Positions 1 through 10,898 of a stretch of 40,826 bases of DNA are shown piece by piece (position 1 is the first letter of the stretch; each line of letters opens with the position of its first letter). Origin of the DNA: Candidatus Brevefilum sp. (GTDB taxonomy: Bacteria > Chloroflexota > Anaerolineae > Anaerolineales > Anaerolineaceae); the NCBI GenBank assembly GCA_047921135.1, contig JBLRWR010000001.1, positions 1-40,826 of the forward strand, given 5' to 3'. Under the pieces are notes generated by a model. It was not told the origin of the DNA. It worked only from the letters and a program-made list of their open reading frames with translations, and made no database searches. The translations under genes were made by a program, and so were the position numbers.

Positions 1-15
1 ATAAAAAGCCTAGCG

Positions 16-789
16 TCAAACATCAAAATCCTTTGGTTCGATTTCAGCCACGGATTTCTTCACATAGGTTGGAACGTAGGGGAATTTCCCTATATCTTCT
101 TCTGATGTGACTCCGCTCAACACCAAAATTGTCTCCATGCCGCTGGTCACACCAGCTACAATGTCTGTATCCATGCGATCACCGACCATGATTGTGTTTT
201 CAGAGTGAACATTCAGGTAATTGAGCGCCGTTCGCATCATCAATGCATTGGGTTTGCCTACATAGAAGGGTGCCACACCACTGGCCTTCTCGATCAGCGC
301 TGCCATCGCACCACAGGCTGGAACCAAACCGCCTTCGCTGGGCCCAGAGGCGTCTGGATTGGTGGCGATGAAGCGGGCGCCGTGGTCGTGGATCAGGCGG
401 ATGGCCTTTTTGATCATTTCGAAATTATAGGCATGGGTTTCGCCAAGGACGACATAATCCGGGTTGATGTCGGTGATGATATAGCCGATGTCATGAATGG
501 CCTGGGTCAGGCCGCTCTCGCCCAGCACATAGGCTTTACCGTTTGGCCTTTGACGGTCTAAGAAGGCTGCTGTTGCCAATGCCGAGGTGAAAATTTGGGT
601 TTCTTCAATCTGCAGCCCGGTTTCCTGTAACCGGTGGGCTAAATCTCGGGGCGTATAGACCGGGTTGTTGGTCAGCAGGAGAAATTTACGCTTTTGTTTG
701 ATTAATTTGTTGATGAATGTGTCAGCGCCAGGGATTAATGTCTTGCCCTGGATTAAAACCCCATCCATATCGATCAGGAAATTTTTCAT
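16..789 (-). CDS. nagD: HAD-IIA family hydrolase (NagD-like nucleotidase/phosphatase)
   Basis: DMDGVL motif I, LTNN, GKP and GDRMDTDI motifs; 257 aa. Confidence 0.85.
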   Translation of the reverse strand: MKNFLIDMDGVLIQGKTLIPGADTFINKLIKQKRKFLLLTNNPVYTPRDLAHRLQETGLQIEETQIFTSALATAAFLDRQRPNGKAYVLGESGLTQAIHDIGYIITDINPDYVVLGETHAYNFEMIKKAIRLIHDHGARFIATNPDASGPSEGGLVPACGAMAALIEKASGVAPFYVGKPNALMMRTALNYLNVHSENTIMVGDRMDTDIVAGVTSGMETILVLSGVTSEEDIGKFPYVPTYVKKSVAEIEPKDFDV

Positions 790-920
790 CGGACCCTTTT
801 TGTTCTCATTTTGGTGTGGTTGTGTTCAATTTTACTGCATTATTAGCGCGAAACATACATAAATGACATGTTACCGACTGGGAGAGCCAATTTATCACGC
901 CTTGCTGTTTACACTGGACT

Positions 921-1712
921 TCAAGATATGGCTTCTGGCAATAAACCACCAGCCAAGTATGTGGCCAGCTCAGCTTCTGTTTCAATGCGCACTAAAGCTT
1001 TGAAGGTATCAACATCTCCATCTTTTCGTTCTACCCGAACCTCACATACGCCGCCAGGGCGTAATTGATCAAGCCCGAGGATTGCAAAGGTTTCATTGCC
1101 ATGAAAACTGAGAGCATCGGCATTTTCTCCAGGCATAAATTCTAATGGCAGTATGCCCATGCCCACCAGGTTTGAGCGGTGGATACGCTCAAAAGATTCT
1201 GCAATGATCGCACGCACTTTGAGCAAGTAGGGGCCTTTAGCAGCCCAGTCCCGGCTGGAACCTGTACCATATTCCTTGCCGGCAATAATGATTAGCGGAA
1301 TCTGTTCGCTTTGATATCTTTGGGCTGCTTCAAATATCGTCAATAAGTCACCATCGGCATAATAGCGAGTGTAACCTCCTTCCACACCCGGCACCAGTTT
1401 ATTTTTTAGGCGAATGTTGGCGAATGTTCCCCGCATCATGACCTGGTCATTGCCACGCCTGGCACCATAAGAGTTGAAATCACATTCTGCGACGCCAAGC
1501 GACCTGAGATATTCTCCTGCTGGACTGACGGCAGGAATGGTCCCGGCAGGTGAAATGTGATCCGTCGTGATGGAATCACCCAAGAGCGCCAATAGCCGGG
1601 CACCCTTGATCTCTGGTGGGTGACTGTGTGTTTTTGGCGTTGTGATGGCGCTGAAATAGGGGGGTTCGTTGAAATAAGTCGAGTTTGGGTCCCAGGTGAA
1701 TAGCTCAGCTGA
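921..1712 (-). pseudogene. acnA: Aconitate hydratase A, C-terminal linker and swivel domain only (5'-truncated)
   Basis: GDSITTDHISPAG, FNSYGARRGN, RGTFANIRL, GKEYGTGSSRDWAAKG and ESFERIHRSNL. The frame continues upstream of 1592 through ELFTWDPNSTYFNEPPYF to an in-frame TGA at 1749-1751 with no ATG; the Fe-S domains are absent. Confidence 0.8.
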
Positions 1713-1938
1713 TTGCCTTAGGTCTATCGATAGAGCGCCCGCGCTCGCTCACTACGGCACTGGTTGAAGAACTGGTGACGCCGAAAATGTCGATCAATAC
1801 AGCCACATCAAAACTTTCTCAAATTGAATATTGAAGTGTTTTGGATTGAAATTGCAGTTATAATCTCACAAGTTTGTTGGCTGACTTAATCAAAGATGCT
1901 ATTAACGGGCACACAAACAAGCGAATTTTCTAAAGTGA

Positions 1939-3819
1939 ATGAAGGTGACCATGAAAAGAGACTGGAAACGCTATAATCCGCCTGATGAATTAGCTGCTGT
2001 ACTAAAGCATAATCCCGAAGTGACGATCGTCAGTTCAACGCAAGAACTGTTCGATTTGGCATGTGGCGACGCCAACAGCAAGACCTTTGAGGTTTCGTAC
2101 AACATTCCCGGTTTCAGCAAGGTCATCGATGCGAATGTGGTTCGTGTACGAAATGGGATATCGGCAAATTATCCCTCCCCCTACATGCGCCGCCGGGATC
2201 CGGATGCCATGGTCATTGGTGATGATGAGCCCACAGATCAACCAACCTTCTATTCCGTTTTTGGTTATTCATTTGCGGAATTGCGCCAGCAAACCTTCGA
2301 GTGGCTGACAGAAAACCCGCTCATGATCTACGGCTATATCACGGGTAAGCCAGGCATAGGGAAGGATGCACTGGTGGTCGCGCCAGCGAATGCCGGTTTC
2401 TTTGGGTTTGGCTTGGCTTTGCTGCAGGGGATAATCGCCTATGAAGACATATCTGCCGATTTTCATCCTGAATCTGTGATCTACGTGGCACCCACCTTCC
2501 GCTATACCCACCTCAAAGGAAAACAGATCGTGGTGCATTATCGCAAGCAGGACATGCATGAAGTGTTTTCGTATAGTTTATATCCTGGGCCGAGCGCGAA
2601 GAAAGCGGCCTATAGCATTTTGTTGAACCAGGGCGAAAAAGAAGGCTGGGTGACCGCCCATGCTTCGACGGTGCGCGTGGTGACCCCCTATGATAACGAA
2701 ATAACCATCATGCATGAAGGCGCCAGTGGGGCGGGCAAAAGTGAGATGCTGGAATATCCGCACCGCGAGAACGATGGTCGCTTATTGTATGGCGAGAACC
2801 TGGTCACCGGTGAACAAAGGCTGCATGAGCAACCCCGTACCTGCGTCCTGCATCCAGTGACAGACGACATGGCACTGTGCCATCCATCCTTGCAGAAAAA
2901 CGGAAAATTGGTCGTCACAGATGCCGAGGAGGCCTGGTTTGTTCGCACCAATCACATTAAGCATTATGGAACAGACCTCAACTTAGAGAGGCTGACCGCA
3001 GAGCCTTCTGAACCGCTGCTATTTATCAATATCAATGCCGCGCCAGATGGCATTGCCTTGATCTGGGATCACATCATGGATGAACCCAATAAGCGCTGTC
3101 CCAACCCCAGGGTGGTTGTCCCTCGCAGGATCATGCATAATATCGTCGATGAACCCGTTGAAGTGGATATTCGGTCGTTTGGTATCCGCACCCCGCCCTG
3201 TACAGCTGAAAATCCTACCTATGGGATTGTCGGCTTCTTCCATATTTTGCCGCCAGCCTTAGCCTGGTTATGGCGCCTCGCCTCTCCCCGCGGGTTTGAT
3301 AACCCCAGTATCGTGGATTCTACGGTCCTCTCGACGGAAGGTGTGGGTTCCTATTGGGCCTTTGCCACAGGCAAACGTACCATCCAGGCCAACCTCCTGT
3401 TGAAACAGTTTCAAAGCTGCCCGAACACCTGTTATGTGCTGACGCCGAATCAGCATGTGGGCGCTTGGCGGGTTGGTTTTATGCCCCAATGGCTGATGCG
3501 GGAATACATTGCCAGGCGAGGAAACGCCAGGTTTTCGCCCGAAAAATTGAGGACTGCCCGATGTACCCTGCTGGGTGAATATCCACACCAAATCAACATT
3601 GAAGGACGCCTGTTTTCACGCTGGTTTTTTGCAGTGGACACCCAACCTGAAGTTGGAGAAGACGCATACGACACTGGCGCAGAAATTTTGTACGATTTTT
3701 TCCAAAAATCTCTGATGGTCTACGAGTGGGATGCCCTGACAGACTTAGGAAAACAAATTTTCCAATGTTTTTATGATCGAGGTTCGGTGGATGATTTCAA
3801 GGCATTGATGCCCAGCTAA
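1939..3819 (+). CDS. DUF4914-family protein, PEP-carboxykinase-like P-loop fold
   Basis: YPGPSAKK, HAST, HEGASGAGKSE (P-loop), TDDMALCH and CPNPR motifs; about 620 aa; start may be the ATG at 1951. Confidence 0.75.
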   Translation: MKVTMKRDWKRYNPPDELAAVLKHNPEVTIVSSTQELFDLACGDANSKTFEVSYNIPGFSKVIDANVVRVRNGISANYPSPYMRRRDPDAMVIGDDEPTDQPTFYSVFGYSFAELRQQTFEWLTENPLMIYGYITGKPGIGKDALVVAPANAGFFGFGLALLQGIIAYEDISADFHPESVIYVAPTFRYTHLKGKQIVVHYRKQDMHEVFSYSLYPGPSAKKAAYSILLNQGEKEGWVTAHASTVRVVTPYDNEITIMHEGASGAGKSEMLEYPHRENDGRLLYGENLVTGEQRLHEQPRTCVLHPVTDDMALCHPSLQKNGKLVVTDAEEAWFVRTNHIKHYGTDLNLERLTAEPSEPLLFININAAPDGIALIWDHIMDEPNKRCPNPRVVVPRRIMHNIVDEPVEVDIRSFGIRTPPCTAENPTYGIVGFFHILPPALAWLWRLASPRGFDNPSIVDSTVLSTEGVGSYWAFATGKRTIQANLLLKQFQSCPNTCYVLTPNQHVGAWRVGFMPQWLMREYIARRGNARFSPEKLRTARCTLLGEYPHQINIEGRLFSRWFFAVDTQPEVGEDAYDTGAEILYDFFQKSLMVYEWDALTDLGKQIFQCFYDRGSVDDFKALMPS

Positions 3820-3977
3820 CCACTGGTCTTGAACTAAGGAAAATCATTAAACCGGAATTACATGGCTGGCGACGGGGGACGTCTGTGGGTGAAAATCTAA
3901 CGACAGGAAGAATTATTAAAAGCAAAGACGCTCAGCTATCAAAGCCTGAGCGTCATATTTTTTTAAATCTGAAGAAG

Positions 3978-4574
3978 CTAAAGGCAGATCTTGTTCTCTT
4001 GGCCAGCCAGCAAGCGTTTGATATTGTCCCGATGGGTGAGCCAAATGATCGACCCAAGCAGCACCCCAAAAAGGATAAACGCAACCTGAGCATACTTCAG
4101 CCAGAATGCAACCGGGATCATCAAAGCCACCGCCAGGTTCACCAAACTCATCAGGCGGATTTGCCGGACGACCAGGAACCAGACCACCAGAAAGCCCAAG
4201 ATGGTCGGGATCCCAAAATAGGCGCCCAGCAGCCCAAAGATCGAAGCGACACCCTTCCCGCCCCGGAAGTGCAACCAGACCGGGAAGACATGTCCCAAAA
4301 GGGGCATGATCGAAACCAGCAGGATATAACCTGTCGGGTCAAAGAGGGCAAAGGCGGCCAGAGACGGCAGGAAGCTTTTTAAAAAGTCCAACACCCCCAC
4401 CACAGCCCCCAGCTTCCAGCCCAAAGTCCGGGCGATATTGGTTGCGCCAATATTCCCGCTGCCCACCTCACGGATATTAACGCCCCGAACCTTGGCCGCC
4501 AGATAGCCAAAGGGGATCGAGCCGATCAGGTAGGCCAGGACGCAAGCAAAAATAAGTTCGATTATTGTATTCAT
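3978..4574 (-). CDS. plsY: Glycerol-3-phosphate acyltransferase PlsY
   Basis: YLIGSIPFG, GSGNIGATN, GHVFP..FRGGKGVA and HRDNIKRL; start moved to the ATG at 4574. Confidence 0.92.
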   Translation of the reverse strand: MNTIIELIFACVLAYLIGSIPFGYLAAKVRGVNIREVGSGNIGATNIARTLGWKLGAVVGVLDFLKSFLPSLAAFALFDPTGYILLVSIMPLLGHVFPVWLHFRGGKGVASIFGLLGAYFGIPTILGFLVVWFLVVRQIRLMSLVNLAVALMIPVAFWLKYAQVAFILFGVLLGSIIWLTHRDNIKRLLAGQENKICL

Positions 4575-4647
4575 CCGTGTGTTTAACCTATAAAACACAG
4601 AATAGTTACTGCGACCCGCAGGAAATGCTGACTTTTGCATTCGTAAC

Positions 4648-5028
4648 TCAGGCTTTTATCTCAAGCGCCTTAAGGCAATTATCAAACACCGATAAGTTGA
4701 TTTCTCTCAGCATGTAGGTTGTTTTGTAACTGAAGTTTCCCAGAAAGCGTGATACTGTTTCCGGCTCTTTGATCGAAATATTGAACTCATTGACGAGGGG
4801 ATCGCTTTGCAGAAGCTTCAGTCGCTCCAGTTTATCAATTCCAAGGAAGTTGCCACACAGCATGGTTTTGATGTGGTTCATTTTTATTTTATTAGTGGAT
4901 GCACTATCGAAAACCAGATCACGATCAATCAGGTCAAAAATCCCGTTTTTATTGGTTTGCTCCAGCAAAAGAAACAAACCGGCATTTGAGGTGAGATTTT
5001 TGGCTGAGAATTCGATTTTATTGATCAT
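4648..5028 (-). pseudogene. tnpA: Truncated IS1380-family transposase (first ~115 aa)
   Basis: MINKIEFSAKNLTSNAGLFLLLE...KEPETVSRFLGNF matches the recalled ISEcp1 TnpA N-terminus; similarity stops after INLSVF, before the DDE core. Confidence 0.85.
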
Positions 5029-5283
5029 GGTAACATCCTTATGGCTTATTTTCTTTCACATAAAATTTTAACACGGCGGCTCCATCAAAAATATTTTGAT
5101 TCACCCATTGGGTGAAATGATAAACTCAACGAGAAATCCTAAAATTCATCCAAAGTGGGTGAAAAGCTGTGACTTTGACTTCAAATTGATAAAAAATTGG
5201 CTCAGAAAGTCAAATTTTTCACTAAAAGTGGGGCTTTTTTACAAAGGTCTCTCCTTGACCGATTCGGCGGCGTAGAATCCGGG
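4684..5283 (-). mobile_element. IS1380-family (ISEcp1-like) insertion sequence, left-end fragment
   Basis: Minus strand starts CCCGGATTCTACGC at 5283 (recalled ISEcp1 IRL: CCTAGATTCTACGT); palindrome TTCACCCATTGGGTGAA at 5100-5116; AT-rich; transposase N-terminus follows; no right end seen. Confidence 0.85.
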
Positions 5284-5284
5284 T

Positions 5285-5340
5285 TATACAAAGATTGAAC
5301 AATGAACGATCTCATCCAAAAACTGTACATACATTGTACA
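5285..5340 (+). promoter_or_regulatory. Putative operator: TnnACA hexamers in 11-bp-spaced pairs
   Basis: TATACA 5285 and TGAACA 5296; TGTACA 5324 and TGTACA 5335; upstream of the fasciclin gene. Confidence 0.4.
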
Positions 5341-5425
5341 ATTCCTTGGAAAAATCGGTTCGATCTGAGACAGTTAGGAAAGATGAACGATAAACAAAAT
5401 TAATTAATATAAAAGGAGTAATACA

Positions 5426-6379
5426 ATGTTCAACAAGAAGTCGCTTTATTCAGTCTCTATTTTATTGGTTCTGGCGTTACTGATTGTCGCCTGTGCGCCA
5501 GCAGTAGCCCCGGAACCCGAACCTGCGCCAGTGGAAGACCCTGTTGTGGACGAAGAGCCTGAACCAGAGCTGCAATCCATCGTTGATTTGGCAGTAGCCG
5601 ATGGCCGCTTTAATACCCTGGTGGCAGCAGTGCAGGCCGCTGACCTGGCCGAGACCCTGTCTGGCGAAGGCCCCTTCACAGTCTTTGCTCCCACGGAAGA
5701 TGCATTTGCGAAATTGCCAGAGGGAACGGTTGAAGCATTATTGGAAGATATCCCCACCTTAACCGAGGTCCTGCTCTACCATGTGGTAGCTGGTGAAGTC
5801 TTAGCAGTAGACGTGGTTGAACTTCAATTCGCAGAAACACTGCTGGAAAAAGACATTGAGATCCGGGTTAAAGATGGCATGGTCTACCTTAATGATGCCC
5901 AGGTGATCATCACCGACATCATGGCCGACAATGGCGTCATTCACGTCATCGACACTGTCCTGCTGCCCCCCGACTCTGTGGGCACCATTGTGGACATTGC
6001 TGTGGAAGATGGCCGTTTCACCACCCTGGTGGCTGCCTTGCAGGCTGCTGACCTGGTAGAAGCCCTCTCAGGTCCTGGACGCTTCACGGTCTTTGCCCCC
6101 ACGGATGATGCTTTTGCGCAATTACCGGAAGGTACGGTAGAAGCACTGTTAGAAGATATCCCTACCCTGACAGAGATCCTGCTCTACCATGTGGTGGAAG
6201 GCCGCCTGTGGGCTGAAGATGTGGTCCTGCTGGAAGAAATTGAAACCCTGTTGGGCGAGACGATCACCATCCGGGTGGAAGATGGCAAGGTCTTTATCAA
6301 TGATGCCGAAGTTATCATCACTGATATCTATACCGACAATGGTATGATTCACGTCATCGACAGCGTCTTATTACCATAA
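5426..6379 (+). CDS. Lipoprotein with two fasciclin (FAS1) domains
   Basis: Lipobox LIVAC, Pro/Glu-rich linker, two copies each of FTVFAPT.DAF, LLYHVV and NG.IHVID.VLLP; RBS AAGGAG. Confidence 0.92.
   Translation: MFNKKSLYSVSILLVLALLIVACAPAVAPEPEPAPVEDPVVDEEPEPELQSIVDLAVADGRFNTLVAAVQAADLAETLSGEGPFTVFAPTEDAFAKLPEGTVEALLEDIPTLTEVLLYHVVAGEVLAVDVVELQFAETLLEKDIEIRVKDGMVYLNDAQVIITDIMADNGVIHVIDTVLLPPDSVGTIVDIAVEDGRFTTLVAALQAADLVEALSGPGRFTVFAPTDDAFAQLPEGTVEALLEDIPTLTEILLYHVVEGRLWAEDVVLLEEIETLLGETITIRVEDGKVFINDAEVIITDIYTDNGMIHVIDSVLLP
5576..6376 (+). repeat. Intragenic tandem duplication of the FAS1 domain (unit offset 408 nt)
   Basis: 5576-5968 aligns with 5984-6376; LPEGTVEALLEDIPTLTE is identical in both copies. 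Confidence 0.85.
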
Positions 6380-6422
6380 GCACAACACAACAACCAAACA
6401 GTATCTTTTTCTCTCCTCTCGC

Positions 6423-6455
6423 AAACGGCTGGCTAATGATTTAGCCAGCCGTTTT
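6423..6455. terminator. Bidirectional intrinsic terminator
   Basis: AAACGGCTGGCTAA-tgat-TTAGCCAGCCGTTTT between convergent genes. Confidence 0.85.
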
Positions 6456-6482
6456 ATGGTAAAGAGGACTCTTGCGGTTGAA

Positions 6483-7529
6483 TTAATTCAATAAATACGC
6501 CAGGCACCAGTTTACCGTCGCGACGAGTGCCTCGGTGTGGGTGCGCTCGTAGTTGTGTGAAGCATCGACCCCGGGACCGATCAGCGCTACGGCCACATCA
6601 CCGCCTGCGCGCCAGAAGGCTTCGCCATCTGATCCATAATAGGGGTAGATGTCAATTTTGTGCGGGATATCGTAGGCTTCTGCCAATTCTCGCAAACGCA
6701 GACTCAAACCATGGTGATAGGGACCGCCAGAGTCCTTGACGCACAGAGTGGCGTGGAACTCATCGGATGCCTGGCCATCACCCACTGCGGCCATATCCAC
6801 AGAGATCAGCTCGCCCACCTGGGGCGGAATACCGGCTGCTGCGCCATGGCCAACTTCTTCATAGTTACTGACATGCAGGATGGTGGTTACGGCGGGTTTT
6901 AAACCAGCCTCTGAAATGGCTTTGGCCGCGTAGACCATGCAAGCCACACAAGCTTTGTCATCCAGGTGCCTTGAGCGGATGAAGCCTTGTGTGCCCTCCA
7001 CCCGGGGATCAAAGGCCACAAAATCACCCACTTCGATACCCAGAGCCCGGGTCTCATCGGCGCTGGCCGTGCGCGCATCCAGCCGCACTTCCATGGTGTC
7101 GTCCTCCCGGCTGGTTTTGCCCACATCCTGACCGTGCACATGCGTGGACGCTTTGGTGATCAGCAGGCTGCCGCGCACAGTATCCCCTGGCCGGGTAAAG
7201 ACAGTCACGCCCTCGCCTTCGACGGTGTTCCAGGCAAAGCCGCCCAGTTTTGTCAGCTTTAGCCTGCCGTTGTACTTGATTTCCTTAACCATCGCGCCCA
7301 GGGTGTCCACATGGGCAGTCAACGCCCGCCAGGGGCCGTCGGATTCGCCGGGAATGGTGGCCACCAGGGCGCCTTTACGCGTTCTTTCCAGTGTGACCTC
7401 TGGCAGAGCGGCAAGTTCATCCTCGCACAGCGCGATAGCCCGCTCGGTGAACCCGGTGGGGCTGGGCGTCTCGAGCAAGGCGGTTAAAAAGCTGATCAGG
7501 CCGTTGACGTTAATTTCAGGTAATTTCAT
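6483..7529 (-). CDS. M42-family metallo-aminopeptidase
   Basis: SPTG, AHVDTLG, SRHLDDK, YEEVGHG and SHNYERTH metal-ligand motifs. Confidence 0.9.
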   Translation of the reverse strand: MKLPEINVNGLISFLTALLETPSPTGFTERAIALCEDELAALPEVTLERTRKGALVATIPGESDGPWRALTAHVDTLGAMVKEIKYNGRLKLTKLGGFAWNTVEGEGVTVFTRPGDTVRGSLLITKASTHVHGQDVGKTSREDDTMEVRLDARTASADETRALGIEVGDFVAFDPRVEGTQGFIRSRHLDDKACVACMVYAAKAISEAGLKPAVTTILHVSNYEEVGHGAAAGIPPQVGELISVDMAAVGDGQASDEFHATLCVKDSGGPYHHGLSLRLRELAEAYDIPHKIDIYPYYGSDGEAFWRAGGDVAVALIGPGVDASHNYERTHTEALVATVNWCLAYLLN

Positions 7530-7963
7530 TTTGCTCCCTTGTGTGCTTCAAAACGGGTGAGTTTTTCGCGCCAGTCCGCCGGGATGGGAATGCTCTGGCC
7601 CGCATCGCTATCATACGGGACCATTACCGAAGTGCCGCGCGCCAGGGGGGTGCCCTCCGGTACCGATTCGATCAAAAACTCGAGAGCAATACTCTTGTTG
7701 CCCATGCGTCCCAGGCGCAGTCCCACCTGGACCGCCTGGCCAAAGCGGATCGGCGCCAGGTAGTCAATATCGATATGCGCCACAACCATACCAGTTTGCA
7801 TGCTTGGGTTGGGGCGCCAAATGCCGGCCTGTTCATAGTAACCGAGGCGGGCGCTCTCCAGGTAGGTCAGGTAGACAGCGTTATTAACATGGGCCTGTGC
7901 GTCCAGGTCGGCAAAACGGACGGTGATGGGGTGGTAATAGGTATAAGCTTTGGATGTGGTCAT
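7526..7963 (-). CDS. Acyl-CoA thioesterase (4HBT/YbgC hot-dog fold)
   Basis: VRFADLDAQAHVNNAVYLTYLE; overlaps the M42 gene by ATGA. Confidence 0.88.
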   Translation of the reverse strand: MTTSKAYTYYHPITVRFADLDAQAHVNNAVYLTYLESARLGYYEQAGIWRPNPSMQTGMVVAHIDIDYLAPIRFGQAVQVGLRLGRMGNKSIALEFLIESVPEGTPLARGTSVMVPYDSDAGQSIPIPADWREKLTRFEAHKGAK

Positions 7964-8149
7964 GAGTCCTTCGATACGGGTAGTTAAATGGTTCAGGTGT
8001 ATTATAAGCGATCTTGAGGCCTGATCGGTGCAGATGAGCGAGGTGTTTACTGAATTAGGTAGAAGCGGCGGGATTCCTCAGCTGAAAAATGAGGGCTAAT
8101 ACCTCTGCGTACACTTCCCTTTTAACATGCCATATGCTATACTCATACC

Positions 8150-8273
8150 GCTGTAAAATTGAACTTGCAGCATCAATTCACACGCCTCCGGATTTGTCCT
8201 GCGTGCCCATATGATGGGTGAGGGACAAGCCAGAAGGAGGCGGAGGTTAAAACGCAAAGGAGAATAGTTAACC
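8150..8273 (+). promoter_or_regulatory. rpsB 5' leader (putative S2 autoregulatory RNA) after an extended -10
   Basis: TGcTATACT at 8135-8143; stem GCCTCC...TTGTCC...GGACAA...GGAGGC flanked by CACAC and GGAGG..AAAAC. Confidence 0.55.
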
Positions 8274-9245
8274 ATGTCACCCGTTGTTACCATGAAAGCG
8301 CTCCTCGAGAGCGGCGTCCATTTTGGTCATCGCACCAATAAATGGAACCCCAAGATGCGTTCGTATATCTTTACGGAACGCAATGGGATCCATATCCTCG
8401 ACCTGCAGCAGACCGTGCAATTGCTGGATGAAGCTTATGCTTTTGTCCGCGATCAGGTTGCTGATGGCGGCAACATTCTGTTTGTCGGCACCAAGCGCCA
8501 GGCGCAAGATACGATCCGCGATGAAGCCGAACGCTGCGGTATGCCCTACGTCAACGAACGCTGGCTGGGCGGCACAATCACCAACTGGGTCACCATCCAG
8601 CAGCGCATCTTCGAATTAGAGCGCCTTGAGCGCATGCGCGATAGCGGTGAGCTGGACCTGTTGACCAAAAAGGAAGGCCTGATGATTGAGCGGGATATCG
8701 CCCGCCTTGAAAAGCGGCTCAGCGGTATCCGCAATATGAAGCGGCTGCCTGATATCCTCTTTGTGGTGGATGTGATCCGTGAAGACACAGCCGTCCACGA
8801 GGCCAATTTGAAGGATATCCCTGTGCTTGCCATGGTGGATACCAATTGTGACCCGAAAAACATTGATTACATCATCCCCTCTAACGATGACGCCATCCGC
8901 GCCATCAAGTTGATTGTGGGGAAGATGGCCGATGCGGTCATGGAAGGCAAGGCCATCCGCAGCAAGGACATCGAAGAAGAAGAGCTGCAGGCCGCACCGA
9001 TGCCCGCGGGTGTCAGCCGTTTCATTGAGGACGATGAAGAATTAGAAGATGAGGAATTGCTGGGCGAATCAACCTTGAAGCATCTTGGCACAAAGCGCCC
9101 CGTAGCCAGCGAGCTTGATGAAAAAGAACCGGTGAGCGAGGAAGAATCAGCAGCCGTTGAGGAAGAACCAGCCAAAGAGGTTGAGGAAGCCGCTGCAGCG
9201 GAAGATGTGGCTGAAGACGCCGCCGACGATGTTGAAGAAAACTAA
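8274..9245 (+). CDS. rpsB: 30S ribosomal protein S2 with acidic C-terminal extension
   Basis: GVHFGH..KWNPKM, RWLGG, DTNCDP and NDDAIRAI. Confidence 0.98.
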   Translation: MSPVVTMKALLESGVHFGHRTNKWNPKMRSYIFTERNGIHILDLQQTVQLLDEAYAFVRDQVADGGNILFVGTKRQAQDTIRDEAERCGMPYVNERWLGGTITNWVTIQQRIFELERLERMRDSGELDLLTKKEGLMIERDIARLEKRLSGIRNMKRLPDILFVVDVIREDTAVHEANLKDIPVLAMVDTNCDPKNIDYIIPSNDDAIRAIKLIVGKMADAVMEGKAIRSKDIEEEELQAAPMPAGVSRFIEDDEELEDEELLGESTLKHLGTKRPVASELDEKEPVSEEESAAVEEEPAKEVEEAAAAEDVAEDAADDVEEN

Positions 9246-9278
9246 GCGCCAAGCAACGAAAAAACAGGAAAAATAGCG

Positions 9279-9905
9279 ATGGAAATTACAACTGAAATGA
9301 TCAAAGAACTACGGGACGCCACAGGGTGTGGCATCCTTGATTGCCGCGCTGCGCTGCGTGATGCTGATGGCAATTTCGATAAAGCTGCCGACATCTTACG
9401 GGAAAAGGGTTTGGCCAAAGCTGCTAAACGCGCCAACCGGGATGCATCTGAAGGCATTATCGAGACTTACTCGCATGGTGAAGGCCGCATGGCGGTCATG
9501 GTTGAGGTCAACTGTGAGACCGATTTTGTGAGCCGCTCGCCCGATTTTCTTGAGCTGGCCCATGAATTGGCCCTGCAGATCGCGGCAGCCAACCCGCTTT
9601 ACCTGACCGAAGAAGATATCCCCCAGGCAGATCTTGACCACGAAGCCCAGATCGCAGCCGCACGGGCCAAAGAGGAAGGTAAGCCAGAACAGATCATCCC
9701 CAAGATTGTTGAGGGCTTCCTGAAGAAATATAAAGAGCAAACGGTGCTGATGAACCAGGCCTATGTGCGTGATGGCAGCATGACCGTTCAGGACCTGATC
9801 AACCAGCAAGTCATCAAGCTCGGCGAGAAGATCGTCGTCCGGCGGTTTGTTCGCTGGGAACTGGGATCTGAGTCTGGCACTGTTGAAGAGGAAGAACTGG
9901 CATAA
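9279..9905 (+). CDS. tsf: Elongation factor Ts (short form)
   Basis: IKELRDATG.GILDC, LREKG and EVNCETDFV; follows rpsB. Confidence 0.97.
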   Translation: MEITTEMIKELRDATGCGILDCRAALRDADGNFDKAADILREKGLAKAAKRANRDASEGIIETYSHGEGRMAVMVEVNCETDFVSRSPDFLELAHELALQIAAANPLYLTEEDIPQADLDHEAQIAAARAKEEGKPEQIIPKIVEGFLKKYKEQTVLMNQAYVRDGSMTVQDLINQQVIKLGEKIVVRRFVRWELGSESGTVEEEELA

Positions 9906-10706
<801 letters not shown>

Positions 10707-10763
10707 GGGCCTTGCCAGGAAAATTTGCGCGCGCTTGTGCATAAATGAATATTTTTACTTGTC

Positions 10764-10789
10764 AACTGCCCGTTTACCGGGCAGTTTTG
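10764..10789 (+). terminator. Probable intrinsic terminator after pyrH
   Basis: AACTGCCCG-tttac-CGGGCAGTTTT. Confidence 0.6.
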
Positions 10790-10898
10790 ATAATTTAGGA
10801 TTCAAATTGTGTTGCGATTTCATGGGGGGCTTGTCATCTTGTACTAACCGTAATTTTTCGTGGGTTGGGTGGGGCAATAACGGCTGGTCAGGCTCATT

